64,000 bases of DNA, taken from Octopus sinensis. Lineage: Eukaryota. Made by a program: the position numbers and the translations under genes. Of this stretch, positions 27,385 to 41,581 are shown one piece after another (position 1 is the first letter of the stretch; each line of letters opens with the position of its first letter). The notes beneath the pieces are model-generated. The model worked only from the letters and a program-made list of their open reading frames with translations. It made no database searches and had not been told where the DNA came from. Location of the stretch: assembly GCF_006345805.1 (NCBI RefSeq), contig NC_042998.1:47926001-47990000 (forward strand). The letters are read 5' to 3'.

Positions 27385-27516
27385 TTTTACCAACCACAAT
27401 GGTTCTGGGTTCAGTTCCACTGCATGGCACTTTGGGCAAGTGTCTTCTACTATAGCCTCGGGCCAACCAAAACCTTGTGAGTGATTTGGTATACGGAAAC
27501 TTAAAGAAGCCCGTCG

Positions 27517-27590
<74 letters not shown>

Positions 27591-27790
27591 ATATATATTT
27601 CTGTATATGTGCGTGTGTCTGTCTGTCTTCTACCCCAACCATCGCTTGACAAGCGATGCTGGTGTGTTTACGTTCCCGCAACTTAGCAGGTTCGGCAAAA
27701 CAGAACGAGAGAATAAAGTACTAGTCTTACAATGAATAAGTCCTGACGTCGATTTGTTCGACTAAAGGCTGCTCCAGCATGGCCGCAGTC
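27385..27790 (+). mobile_element. SINE family A, head truncated
   Basis: accaaccacaatggttctggg...ccagcatggccgcagtcaaa with a long internal (TA)n. Confidence 0.85.
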
Positions 27791-28464
27791 AAATATATAT
27801 ATATATATATATACATATATATCATCTATTTTCTTCCTCTTTCCTCTCTCCTTCCTTGTAGTGCAGTAGAGAAATGTCATTGCCCTATACGTAATCCGAA
27901 TCATTGATTTGGACGTTTGTTTCCAAACCACAGGTGCCCTTTTATTTCCAAACTTTCGGGGAAAAGGATATTTTTATAATAAAATTGTCTAAAAATAAAC
28001 TTCGGTTCGTATGTGTGTGCGCGCCCATTAATTCATTGTCCACATTAAATTCTAATATAATTGTAATTTACACTATCAGAAAACTATTTCTAGAAATTTT
28101 CATTTGCAAAAAAAAAAAAAAAAAAGTTAGAAAGAAACAAAATCGACTTGTGTAACTTATCCGACATTCCTCTGCCCCGACTCAAAGAGAATTTTCTCAT
28201 TAACTACCAATATCACCAGAATCTACCCCCATCTCCTTGTATATATGTGTGTGTATTGTGTGTGTGTGTGTGAGAGAGAGAGGGGTAGAGATAGAGAGTG
28301 TGTGCGTGCGTGTGTGTGTGCATGTGTGTATTTTTTTATTCTTCTACTTGCTTCAGTCATTTGATTGGGGACATGCTGGAGCATCGCCTTTTAGTCGAAG
28401 AAATCGATCCCTGGATTTATTCTTTGTATGCTTGTAACTTATTCTGTCGAACCGCTAAGTTGTG

Positions 28465-28482
28465 TATGTATGTATGTATGTA

Positions 28483-28514
<32 letters not shown>

Positions 28515-28706
28515 CATATATATTAAGTATATATGTATGTATATATATGCATGTATATATATATATATGTATATATATAGGCATATCTATATATATATGC
28601 ATATATATGTATATATATGTATATATATATAGGCATATCTATATATATATGCATATATATGTATATATATGTATGTATATATATATATGTATATATATAG
28701 GCATGC

Positions 28707-28737
<31 letters not shown>

Positions 28738-28960
28738 TATGTTTATACATATGTATATACATATATATATGTATATATATATGTATATAATATATTTGTA
28801 TATATATATATACATACATATATATATATATATTTATATAATATATTTGTACATATATATATATATGTATATATATTATAATATATATATTATATGTATG
28901 TATATACAATATATAGACATATACATATATACGTATGTAGGTGTGTGTGTGTGTATAATA
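28465..28960. repeat. (TA)n-derived tract with a ~60-bp higher-order unit
   Basis: atatataggcat motif recurs at ~28575, 28625 and 28695. Confidence 0.85.
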
Positions 28961-29124
28961 TATATATATAGAGAGAGAGAGGGGGGAGGGAGGGTGTAAA
29001 TAACATAATGAATACGTGAAGGTCCATTTCCTACTCTTTGTTTTTTTTTGGAGTTAACTTCACAATAATAAAAACGTTTTCATACATTTTCATTACATCT
29101 CAGCCAAAAATTATAAACATATAT

Positions 29125-29224
29125 NNNNNNNNNNNNNNNNNNNNNNNNNNNNNNNNNNNNNNNNNNNNNNNNNNNNNNNNNNNNNNNNNNNNNNNNNNNN
29201 NNNNNNNNNNNNNNNNNNNNNNNN
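29125..29224. other. Assembly gap
   Basis: Exactly 100 N; true size unknown. Confidence 1.
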
Positions 29225-29520
29225 AAAAATAAAAATCAAGTGAAGTTATTTTTACTCGACTTTACACCAGTCCGCCAGAAATATTGGAATCGTAAAATCA
29301 CTAGAAAACCGTGAAAAGCACATAAAATCATGTTACTGTACACAATAAATAAGAATAAAAAAATATAAAATCATATTAAAATACGTACAGTAAATGTTAA
29401 GATACACACCATAAAGTAGTGTAGCTTAGTGAACGAAATCATGAAATCCCGAAATCACCAAATTGTTTGTACGTGTTGGTAAATTTAAAATAATTTAGTT
29501 TTTTTTTTTTACTATTACAC

Positions 29521-29928
29521 TTTTACACTTTTACTTGTTTCAGTCATTTGACTGCGGCCATGCTGGAGCACCGCCTTTAGTCGAGCAAATCGACCCCAGG
29601 ACTTATTCTTTGTAAGCCCAGTACTTATTCTATCGGTCTCTTTTGCCGAACCGCTAAGTAACGGGAACATAAACACACCAGCATCGGTTGTCAAGCAATG
29701 CTAGGGGGACAAACACAGACACACAAACATACACACACACATATATATATATATATACATATATACGACAGGCTTCTTTCAGTTTCCGTCTACCAAATCC
29801 ACTCACAAGGCTTTGGTCGGCCCGAGGCTATAGCAGAAGACACTTGCCCAAGATGCCACGCAGTGGGACTGAACCCGGAACCATGTGGTTGGTTAGCAAG
29901 CTACTTACCACACAGCCACTCCTGCGCC
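29521..29928 (-). mobile_element. SINE family A, full length
   Basis: Near consensus; short tatta duplication on both flanks. Confidence 0.92.
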
Positions 29929-30345
29929 TATTAAAAACTAAAAACTATTTGTTTGTAAGCTTAAAATAGGTCTTTATTTACCATGTATTATTGAAAATGC
30001 ATTCACGAAGAAAGTACAGCTCTGGGGATGGTTATTATCGGTTTAGCCTAGAGATAAGTAAATTCGACCTAGCCTAGCCTAGAGACAAGTTAATTCGACT
30101 TAAGTCATTTTGGGGCATAAGTCGAGTCTCCTGGAACTAATTAATGACGTAGGGTGAGGTGTGCTTGTACATCCATTCATAGATACATGCATATAAATAT
30201 GTATATATCTATAACATATGTATATATAGATATATAACACACAGGAACACAAGCATACACACACACAAGCATACACGCACACACACACTCGCATACGCAC
30301 ACGCATACACATACAGACGCATGCTGTAAATGTTATTTGTGATGT

Positions 30346-32859
30346 ATGGAGAGGTACTTGCTCAATGGAGAGGTACTTGAGCAAGTACCTCTCCATAATT
30401 TTCTAGTTATAGCTGGTGATCTGAATGCTAGACTAGGACCCGATGAGACCAAGTTTACTTTCAACTCTAAAACTAATCGGAACGGAGAAATGCTCAAAGA
30501 CTTCTTGGAGGAATTTAATCTCTACACCTCCAACAATTCTTTTATGAAACCAAAAGGTCAACTTTGGATATTTGAGTCCCCACTTGGTGATAGGGCACAA
30601 ATTGACTACCTCATCTTTCGAAAGAAGTGGCGCAATAGTGTTAAAAACTCGAGATCCTACTCTTCCTTTAGTTCTGTCGGCTCTGACCACAGAATTGTAT
30701 CAGCTACCGTTAAGCTTAGTCTTCGCTCATCCAAAAAGCTAAGCCTCACCCGATGAAAACGATCGACTGGGAGGAAGTCTTATCTAACCCCGATATGTCC
30801 AAACAATTTACTATTGAGGTCTATAACACATTTCAATCTTTGTCTACTCTGAAATAGATGCTGAGAACATTGAAGAAGTATACAGCAGCCTCATCAAATC
30901 AACAGAGGAAGTTGCACTGGCTACTCTTCCCAAAAAGAAGAGTAGGGGCCAGATCAAACCTTCTAATTCCCCAAATGTCATCGAAGCCAGAACCATCTAA
31001 AGTCTATATCACTGGCTTACACCGTTCTCCATCCCAGTCACTGAAGATCCAACTCATAGCTGCCAGAAGAATCTTGATGAGGCTTACTTGAACGCCGAGG
31101 TCGACTTTATCAATGGCAAAATTAGTAAACTATCAAAGAGCACATTAGTAAAAAACACCATCTCGCCTGGAAATCCATCAAAGACCTATCAGGCAAAATT
31201 TGGGTCATCAATTAGAATTAAAGGGGATCAGCTAAGAAGCGTTTAGAAAATTGGTCAACCCATTTTAAAACCTCCTTGGGAAGAATGCCAAAATCCCTGA
31301 TAACCCCACTCTTCCAAGTGTGCCTATATCAGACACGCTGGACATCAACACCCCCCTTTTACCATATTTGAACTAACAGCAGCCACCAAGCAACTAAAAG
31401 CCTCGAAAGCATTTGGTCCCGACAACATCCCAGCTATAATTTGGAAGGATGATAGATTTAACACTTTTGCTCAACCTCTGCAACCACACACTTTCCACCT
31501 TTGTCGCTCCAAAGATTTGGCACCAATCTCAAATCATCCCAATACCCCAAAAAGGCGATTTCTCCCTCGTCACCAACTACAGGGGTATATCTCTAATGTC
31601 AATTGCTGCAAAACTGTACAACAAACTGATCCTAAATCGTCTTATCCTTTTTGTTGAACCTTTGCTCCGAAAGAACCAAAATGGATTCAGATATGGGCGC
31701 TCAACGCTGAGCCAGATACTACGCAGACTTATTGAAGAATCAAAAGCATTTAATCGTGATCTTGCAATGGTATTTGTAGACTTTCTAAAGCGTTCGATTC
31801 TGTAGATAGGTACAAGATGTTTGAAATCCTTAAGCTCTATGGGATACCAGACAAAATCATTTCTGCCATCAAGGTCCTCTACACAGATACGTCTTCAACC
31901 ATCTTAACCCTGACGGAGAAACATCATCTTTCTCAATCAAAGCCGGAATACTGCAGGGAGACACACTCGCCCCATTTCTTTTCATCATTGTTGTGATTAT
32001 GTGCTACGTATGTCAGTTGATACCATCTCTGGCAAGGGCTTTGAAATAAAACCAAGAAGAAGTTCCAGACACCCAGCTGAGTACTTGACAGACACTGACT
32101 TTGCTGACGACATCGCTCTTATCAGTGATTCTCTCTCCAATGCCCAGTCTTTTACAATCTCTTGAACAAGCCTCAAATTGTGTAGGTCTTTACCTCAATG
32201 AGGCCAAGACTGAATACATAAACAAGTGCCTGTCCAACAGTGATTGCATCATCCATACTCTCAACAATGCGCCCTTAAATATGGTTTCTGATTACAAATA
32301 TCTTGGGTCATACATATCATCATCTGGAAAAGACTTTCTAACTAGAAAGGGTATGGCCTGGTCAGCCTGTAATGACATGCATAAGATCTGGTCATCAAAT
32401 CTAAGTAGAGACTTCAAACTTGAAATCTTCAAAGCCACAGTCGAACCAATTCTACTATATGGCTCAGAAACCTGGACGTTATCAAAGAAGCTTGAGAGGC
32501 GGTTGGATGGAACCTACACTCGCCTCCTTATGAGAGCTCAAAATCTCTCGTGGAAGCGCCATCCAACCAAAATGCAAATATATGGGAAACTACCACCTGT
32601 GTCATCTCTTGTGAAAGGTAAGAGAGTCCAGTTTGCTGGACATTGTTGTAGAGCTGAAAAAGAGGTAATTTCTACTCTTCTCCTCTGGAAGCCATCTACT
32701 CGCAAAACCAGAGGGCGCACACTCTCCTACCCTGATGTAATCTCCAGGGATACAGGCATCCAGCAACAAGACCTCCGTAATGCCATGATGGACCGTGAAG
32801 TCTGGCGTAGCATGGTAAATTCCATTGTCTCGACCACGGTCGAACAATGATGATGATGA
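30346..32859 (+). mobile_element. RTE/RTEX-clade LINE, 5' truncated, frameshifted APE-RT ORF
   Basis: APE motifs GDLNA, IDY, SDH; RT motifs NYRGISL, QNGFR, FVDF, FADD (32100-32111), LLYGSETW; (TGA)n tail; 11-bp TSD ttgtgatgtat at 30337-30347 and 32860-32870. Confidence 0.95.
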
Positions 32860-32940
32860 TTGTGATGTATTTGGAAAAACCCTTTCGATGAAAATAAACA
32901 GCTGATAACACCATCCATGTTGAACGGAATCGTCTTCCTG

Positions 32941-32974
<34 letters not shown>

Positions 32975-33088
32975 TCCCCTTCCCACATACACACGCACAC
33001 ACACACGTATAAGTACATACACATACACTGGTATCCCTAAATACGCAGCCCACATATAACATTACCAGTATCAACATAGAATTTCGCT

Positions 33089-33508
33089 AATTCTATTTCT
33101 TTACTACCCACAAGGGGCTAAACAGAGAGAGGACAAACAAGGACAGACAAACGGATTAAGTCGATTACATCGACCCCAGTGCATAACTGGTACTTAATTT
33201 ATCGAACCCGAAAGGATGAAAGGCAAAGTCAACCTCGTGGAATTTGAACTCAGAACGTAGCGGCAGATGAAATATCTATTTCTTTACTACCCACAAGGGG
33301 CTAAACACAGAGAGGACAAACAAGGACAGACAAACGGATTAAGTCGATTACATCGACCCCAGTGCATAACTGGTACTTAATTTATCGAACCCGAAAGGAT
33401 GAAAGGCAAAGTCAACCTCGCGGAATTTGAACTCAGAACGTAGCGGCAGATGAAATACGGCTACGCATTTCGCCCGGTGCGCCAACGTTTCTGCCAGCTC
33501 GCCGCCTA
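33089..33508 (-). mobile_element. SINE family B head-to-tail dimer
   Basis: Two near-identical ~185-bp units joined at gaaatat|ctatttc (~33275); one head. Confidence 0.9.
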
Positions 33509-34029
33509 ATTCTATCAACGCCATCACATGTTTACATAGTTAGTTTTGATCTCCGCAGTGGTTAAAGTGGTTGTTTATCGATTTTGATAGCTTTATTCTA
33601 AATTGTCATTCTAATAATCAGATCGTTATTTGTAAATTTATTTTACTTAAAGAGTTTGGGACCTACTAAATTTGATTATAATAACTGTTTGATAACGTTA
33701 TCCGTGATACACAGAAGCGGTTTCCAACACATCCGTACACATGCATACACATACGCATACAAATAAGTAAATACACGCACACACACACACACACACGAAT
33801 TTTCGATTCGCTACCCTTCGTCGGATAGTACCCCCAATCCTAAATATATATACAGTGTGGACCAAAGGTCAAGCACAAAATAAGTTCAATACGCTACGAA
33901 ATTGCCAAAGATATGCTTCAGTTTTTCTAAAATTGAATAAAATAAATAAAATAACGATGAAAACACGTACTGGCACACGATGAACAAGATGAATAATAAT
34001 AATAATCATAATATTAATAACAATTATTA

Positions 34030-37000
34030 TTATTTCATTTATTGGCCACTACGGTCGACAGATAGGGGACAGTGGGGGTTTACATGTAACAAGTAAACAG
34101 TTAAGAAAACAATAACAATACACATTAAACAAGAAAAATATAACAATGAGATTTCTCCCCACCCCAGGGTTGGCTCAGGTACCCCACCAATCCTGAACCA
34201 CTCGACGCTTCGAAGTACTCGGGAAGGGTACACCTCTCCTCCACAAATTCACCAGCCTACAGGCGCATTATTAGAGTAGGTTCACTTACACAGGCCATTT
34301 TCGATACATTCACCCACCTTTCAGCAAATGTACTGGGGGGAGGGAATCACTTTTCTCTCTACCCTCATCTTCCTTTCCAAGTGAAATTTGATGATGATGA
34401 GGGATTGGCCGAGAGAAAAGTGTCTGTCTTCAGTCCTTTAAACCTGGTTCACCATACAACCTCTTTCGCTACTGCTACCATACAGAGGAAAATTGTTCGC
34501 CCTTCCTGGTCAAACGAAGACGGCGGGTCAATCTTCATTATAGACTCGGCCGATAGCTGGATCCGTCCTATACGCGACAGCAACTGTTCGACATGACTCC
34601 ACAAGTCAGTAATGCATGGACACTGGGCGAGTGCGTACAGAACGGTTTCGTCGCTCTGCACGCACCTCGTGCAGGTCCGTCTGACAGACCTCCGTCGTGC
34701 CTGTAGTTTATCTCGAACCGGCATTGCCCCCCGGTAGCAGTGCCAAGCGAGGAAGTTATTCATTGTCCTTGGCTAAAAAGTACCCCGGTACAGACTGGTT
34801 AGTTTAACTTCGTCGACTTCCAGAGCCTCTCCGAGTGCGTCATCCACCACTATCCCTCTATAAAATTCAAGAGTGGATGTTCCACTGACCGATTTTCCCG
34901 CCTGGTAGAGGGCAGTGAGTGCATGGCAACATTCCACATGCCAGTCCTCCTGTCCGGGTCTCTTCTTGACCCAGGACTGCAGCTAAGTCAAGGAGACGAG
35001 CTGGAGAAAGGCCTGTTTGACAAACGGTGACAACACCTGTTCACTGTTTAGGCAAAATATCTGAAGATGCCGCAGCATCAGCGCATCATTAGCCATGGTA
35101 TACCCAGCCCTCCACGTAGAGGGTGCTGGCAGCAGATGGACCGCCTCGCCAACGGAATCCGTCCTCTCTACAAGAATTTGAAGAGGTAGCACTCCGACTG
35201 GCGAGGCACGAACGGGGTCAAGGCACGACGATCAGGCAGTAGTAGATGACAGATGTGAAGTACGCATTCGCCACCTCCACCCGACCTTTCAGTGACAGTT
35301 CCCTCGCAACCCATTTCTGGGTGAGACTGCCTACTCTACTCGTGACCTCATCCCAATTCTTATCCACTTGGAGGTCTGGTCTGAAACAAGCTCTAAGCAA
35401 CTTTACACGTCCGTCTGTGCAGCGATCAACGACGCTGTTGGATGGCATGGACTTCCCTCTCTAGTTGCCGAGCCGCAAGCCCACCGACTTTTCCGGATTA
35501 AGTTTTGCTCCTGTCACCAATGATGTGCCGACCACCTAGATTTCTGGGTGTTCGATACCATCACGCATAAGCCGACACAGCCCTTCTGCGTCACGGTTCA
35601 AGCGAGATGTCTTGCAGCAGCCCCAGCTTCTGCAGTAAAGGCTCAAGAGTCAGTACGTACAGAAGGGGGGAGAGAGGACGCCCTTGACGGACCGATCTGT
35701 AGATCTGAAACGGTTCTGAGAGGTGGCCATTAACTTTGACCACTGAGCAGATGCCGCTGTGCACTGCAGCGATCTAAACTCTGAAGACGGGGCTGAAGTC
35801 AACTGCTTTGAGGACAGCTTCCAGGTACCGATGGTCGACCTTATCGAATGCTTTCGATTGATCTAGATTGATCCGAAGCCAGGTTAACACCCTACACTTT
35901 CTGTGATGTATCGCACGAGGTGGAGGTTGTCGCGTATAGATCTGGTCGGGCTTGCGCCCCCACCCCAAATCTTCGACGACAAGCGCCAACCTTTTCGCTA
36001 GCACTTTGGCTAAAATCTTGAACTTTGTGTTGAGCAGAGTTATGGGCCAGAATTTATCTAATGTGTCCCTCTTGTTTTCGCCTTTCCTTACCAGCGTCAC
36101 TACACCCCGGCCCACAGAACTGGGAAAACTCCTGTTCTGCAGCCAGTTGCAAAAGAGACATTCGAGGCGATTGGAGAACAAGACTGGCATATTTATGTAA
36201 AGCTGGTAAGGTAGACCACCCAAACCGCGTGACTTGCGCCTCGTGCAGCCGACAAGGGCATATTGAATTTCGACTGAAGTTATCTGCCTTTCGCAACGTC
36301 CACCGTCGACTTTCGAGAGGCGCGGCAAGTCGTCGAGGTAGGGACTGAAATCCGCTGCCGTCTCAGACCCGCCACTCTCCTCGAACAACGGATCAAAGTG
36401 CTGGTGGAAGGCCTCACATATCTGCCTGGAATCGCTCAGCTGGTGTCTGTCTTGGTTCGCCAAAGACCGAATTGTGGTTTTATGACTACGCCGCACCTCC
36501 CCCACGCAGGCCCGTTGAACAACTTTGATCCTCTCGTTTCCCAGAGCACGCACCTTAGCTCTGACAATGCAACATTCATGTTTCGCATTGAAGAAAAGGT
36601 AAAAGGCCATTCTTGCTGCTAGCACGCCGGTTGCAGCACCACTACAAATAGCCTCGTCTAACTTAGCTACTAGCTCCTCCTCCTTTCTGTTTTTTCTAAC
36701 GCTACTTCTTTGCTAAACTCTGTCGATACTGCTCTAATCTCTCTTTTGAGAGCCCCACCACCGCCTGTTGTTGACGCTCCCTGTCAACTTTTGCTTAACT
36801 AAACGGTTGACTCGGTCCCTGTACGCATTACGTGCTGGAAACGACATGTTCAGTTTCCAGTACCCGAGTTCTAACTTATACCTCTTATCTCGGTCGACCG
36901 TGCAGATTACAAATTTGTGATCTGAGTAGGCAACCGCTATAAAAAGTGGACATCCTACACTGTTACTGTCTATTTTCTTATACGATCTAGATGACACTAT

Positions 37001-38372
37001 GCGGTTGGTCCAGGTCCACACTGGCGCATTAGGGAAATCTTGTCGGTACCTGTCAGACAGTTGGAAGTGGCTGATCAGGTGCTTGAGGCTTTTGCACGCT
37101 CTGCTTCTATCAGCTACTTCCACACAATCCCAGCGTTGATTCTTTCTAGTCCTCTATTAATAGTAAAGGGCAAGACGTACCTAGAAAGGCTTCTTATTTA
37201 TGTGTATATTTATTGGTATGGGGGAGTGGGAGAGCTTTCCTCGTTTTCCCCTAGGATGGTTAATGTCTTTCGTGTTTCGTTTGTTGTTGATGGTGATTTT
37301 GCCGGTGCTGATGTTGGTTGTGGTCCTCGTCCCGGTGTAGGCAGTAGTAGAGGCCTTCGACCCCTTGCACTTTTTATTAGTTAAGGGCAGAAGGCTCGCA
37401 AATTAGTAGTTTCTTCTCAAACGAAACAATGCCGCTTTCTGCCCTCAGTCATTATGTGCAATACCGTTCCGGGATTCTTTTGAAATTTTCGGTCTTGAAC
37501 TGGAGAAGTATCTCCAGATCCACCCCGGATCAGTCCTCCCTGGCAGTCTTTGTCACCTCTATCGGGATGGTATCTAACCCTTGCTCGATTATGCATCCCA
37601 GAAGCCACCACATGTCAAGTCCTGGTAGAATCCTAGGAATGCAGACACGCGCTATTCTTTTTCCCATATGGGATGGGTATATAATGACCTTGCTGGTTTT
37701 GCAAGGGGTCTTTGAGTGCTTCACAGCAAGGGTTTCTAATTTAAAAAAAACACCGAAATGGTGCTGTATTGTCTGCTCTTCACTATGTACTCGGTATCAT
37801 CCCTGATACATCTCAGTGCAGCTTCAATATCTGCTTGTGCTATTATTGCTGAGATGCATCTGAAATGAACCGTTTTTTTTCTCCGCTACTTCAATTGTCT
37901 CTTTTGGTATGGTTAAGTTGGCCCAGGTTTGCTCATGCTTGATGAGCTTCCAGACTTGGGCCAACTTTTCGTCTTTGTTTGCGAGGTCTATGCTGTAACG
38001 TGGTCTCGTTTTGGCTGCTGCTGCTGAGAACGTATTCTTCTTGTTGTTGTTGGTGTTGGTTTTATTGCCATTGATGTCGTTGTTGATATTGCTATTGCTG
38101 CTGTTTGTTGTTGTGGCGGGGTTGTAACCATTTGTTTTGTTGCCACCATCACCGCTACCACTGCTGCCTTCAGTTTCTTCTGCATCACTTATATTGTTGG
38201 TTTTGTGGCTACCTGGAAGTCGAACCAACGATGAATGCAAAGTATCGCCGATGACGCTTGATAGCCATAAGTGGTGAATGTGCTCCACGGACGTACGACT
38301 TGGGACTTGCCATGAAACAAGGTTTGGATACTGCGTTTAACGCATACTTTCTAAACCTTAATTCTTTAAATT
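34030..38372 (-). mobile_element. L1/Tx1-clade LINE, near full length, decayed
   Basis: ORF1 with a broken knuckle CFV*EETTNLRAFCP (~37385-37430); APE C-half (SDH, GYWKLN; N-terminal part deleted); RT (PITLLN..KILAK..AKRL, LDQSKAFDKV); C-terminal CTRC..ETVLYAL..CP; aataaa then (aat)n tail. Confidence 0.92.
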
Positions 38373-38379
38373 TGGCTCT

Positions 38380-38426
<47 letters not shown>

Positions 38427-38465
38427 TGTGCAAGAGCGTGTACGTGCGTGTATGTGTGTATGCGT

Positions 38466-38813
38466 GTGTGGCGCATACCTCAGTGGTTAGAGCGTCGGGC
38501 TCACAATCATTAGGCAGTAAGTTTGATTCCCGAACCTGGCTGCGTGTTGTGTTCTTGAGCAAGACACTTTATTTCACGTTGCTCCAGTTCATTCAGCTGT
38601 AGAAATGAATTGCAACGTTACTGGTGCCAAGCTGTATCGGCCTTTGCCTTTCCCTTGGATAACATCGGTGCCGTGGTAGTGGTAGTGGTGTGAAGGTGAT
38701 ATGCATGGGCTAGTGCTAGTCTTCCATAAACAACTTTACCCGGACTTGCGCCTTGGAGGGTAACTTTCTAGGTGCAATCCCATGGTCATTCATGGCCGAA
38801 GGGGGTCATAACC

Positions 38814-38815
<2 letters not shown>
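38466..38815 (+). mobile_element. SINE family C-related copy
   Basis: gtggcgcatacctcagtggttagagcg head and gttcttgagcaagacac core as in 3931. Confidence 0.8.
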
Positions 38816-38869
<54 letters not shown>

Positions 38870-38943
38870 CTCTGAGCGAGATATAAATAGTAGTAATACG
38901 GAATTGTAACAAATAATTGACAACCAGACGTGGTTGGCAATTA

Positions 38944-39003
<60 letters not shown>

Positions 39004-39033
39004 CCTATCTATCTATCTATCTATCTACCTATC

Positions 39034-39113
<80 letters not shown>

Positions 39114-39655
39114 AGTGTATATGCGTATGTGTGTGGGTGTCCATCTTTGTGTGTGTCTGTGTGTAATTGTGTGTGCTAAAATGTGTTGTACTGAATGCCA
39201 TACGTAATATACTATTTCTCTATTAATTATATAAAAAAGTTTTTGTATCTAAATAAATTAAAGGAAAATATAAAGATGGCGCCAATTGTTTTGACTTGCA
39301 CACATAAAGAAAAGGGGAGATAATTTCGCGAAATTAAGAGCTAATTATTGAAGTTAATTGGTATAGAAACCCAAAAAAAAACAAGAACAAAAGGAAAAAA
39401 TATATAGAAAAACATGCGCGCGCCTGTTTGTTGTGGTTAACGAAAGTAAATAGTGAAGTGCGCAGAAAACGCTTCTGGTAAAGTGTGTACAGCATCCGTT
39501 ATATGTGTGTGAGTTGCGTATACACGTATGTATCTATCTACACATAAACAATTACGCACTCACAAAGACGGACATGTATATGTATGTGTGTATCATTCAT
39601 ACGTATGTTCGTGTACACACACACCACACACATATGGATACATACATAGGTGCGG

Positions 39656-39686
<31 letters not shown>

Positions 39687-39817
39687 TATATATATATATA
39701 TAGATAGATAGATAGATAGATAGATAGAATAAGTAGATAGATAGATAGACACATACATACATACATACATACATACATACATAGGTGCGCATATAGATAT
39801 ATAGATATGTATGTATA

Positions 39818-39869
<52 letters not shown>

Positions 39870-39994
39870 TGTATACACACATGTACATATACACATATAT
39901 ATATAGATATATATATGCTTAGATTAGAAAAGAATATATGCCCGTTCATATGTATATGCGTGCGCGTATAGACACACACAAACACACACTCACA

Positions 39995-40032
<38 letters not shown>

Positions 40033-40127
40033 ACACACACACACACATATATATATTATATCATATCTATATACACGGCGTGACAGAAGTTTGTTCTGGT
40101 TGTTGGTAGCACTTTGCTCAAACTTGC

Positions 40128-40295
40128 TCACGATAGTTTGCTGTTGGTCAGGGAGGTTATGGTAGGCCGGCGGCTCGGTAGGTGAGTCGAGATGAGGTAA
40201 GAGTTCGCCCGTAATAAACACTTGGTAGCAAGCAGCATCGCCACTACGCAACTTGGTACCAAGAGGCAAAAAGCACCACCACCGACAGCACTGGT

Positions 40296-40326
<31 letters not shown>

Positions 40327-40873
40327 CTAGTAGTGGTAGTAGTAGTAGTGGTGGTGGTGGTGGTGGCCGGCGGTGGTGGTGGTGGTGGTGGTGGTAGTAG
40401 TAGTAGTAGTGTAGTAGTAGTAGTAGCAATAGTAGTAGTAGTAGTAGCAATAGTAGTAGTAGTAGTAATATCAGTAGTAGTAGTAGTAGTAGTTGTAGTA
40501 GTAGCAGTAGTTGTAGTAGTAGTAGTAGTTGTAGTAGTAGTAGTAGTTGTAGTAGTAGTTGTAGTAGTAGTAGTAGTAGTAGTTGTAGTAGTAGTAGTAG
40601 TAGTAGCAATAGTAGTAGTAGTAGTAATATCAGTAGTAGTAGTAGTAGTAGTAGTTGTAGTAGTAGCAGTAGTTGTAGTAGTAGTAGTAGTTGTAGTAGT
40701 AGTAGTAGTTGTAGTAGTAGTTGTAGTAGTAGTAGTAGTAGTAGTAGTAGTTGTTGTAGTAGTAGTAGTAGTAGAGTAGTAGTAGTAGTACCATCACCAC
40801 CTTCACCGTCAGCAGCAGTGGTTAGTAATGTTGTAATATCAGCAATAAGGACAGAAGTAGCAAAAAAAAACAT
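40128..40873 (-). CDS. Speculative Thr-rich mucin-like ORF, needs +1 nt near 40774
   Basis: MFFFATSVLIADITTLLTTAADG, poly-Thr, hydrophobic AVGGGAFCLLVPSCVVAMLLAT, KCLLR, stop at 40128-40130; span 746 nt, one short of 249 codons. Confidence 0.2.
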
Positions 40874-40918
40874 TAGCAGAAGCAATGGCGGTGACGGCAG
40901 CGGCGGCGGTAGTAGTAA

Positions 40919-40953
<35 letters not shown>

Positions 40954-41010
40954 ACAATTGCAGTAGCGGCAGCAGCAGCAGCAGCAGCAGTAGTCGTAGT
41001 AGTAGCAGCC
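40300..41010. repeat. (GTA)n/(GGT)n/(GCA)n trinucleotide array with a 159-bp internal duplication
   Basis: gcaat...aatatca markers at 40447/40467 and 40606/40626. Confidence 0.9.
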
Positions 41011-41293
41011 AGCGGCGGACCAAGTACAACGAGAATGACTATTTTCTCGTGGGAAATCGCTTGACGTCAAAATCGTCATCGTCGTTGTGTTAGCGTTGGT
41101 GGTCGACCTCATCGTCTACGTCGCCCTCCAACTCCTCCTCTCTCCCACCACCCCGCCACCTACTTCTCCTCGTCATCGTCATCGTCATCGTCATCACCAT
41201 AGTCGTCGTCATCGACGTCGTTGCCGATGATTCTTCTTCTGGTTGTTACTTGTTCGTTTATTCATTTGTCTTTTGTTTCTTTTGCTGTTAGTA

Positions 41294-41334
<41 letters not shown>

Positions 41335-41523
41335 TCACACACACACACACACACATACTCGCACACGCACACACGCACATACACACATACAACCACGTTC
41401 ACATACACACACGTACACACATGCAAATATATACACACATGTATATTTATATATATATATGTTTATATATCCATATATATATATACACTCACACACATAT
41501 ATATGTATATATATATGTACACA

Positions 41524-41581
<58 letters not shown>

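Noticed and set aside
33089-33508. CRISPR-like or satellite interpretation of spaced repeats
   Set aside because: Units are SINE copies with no unique spacers; eukaryotic context, no cas genes.
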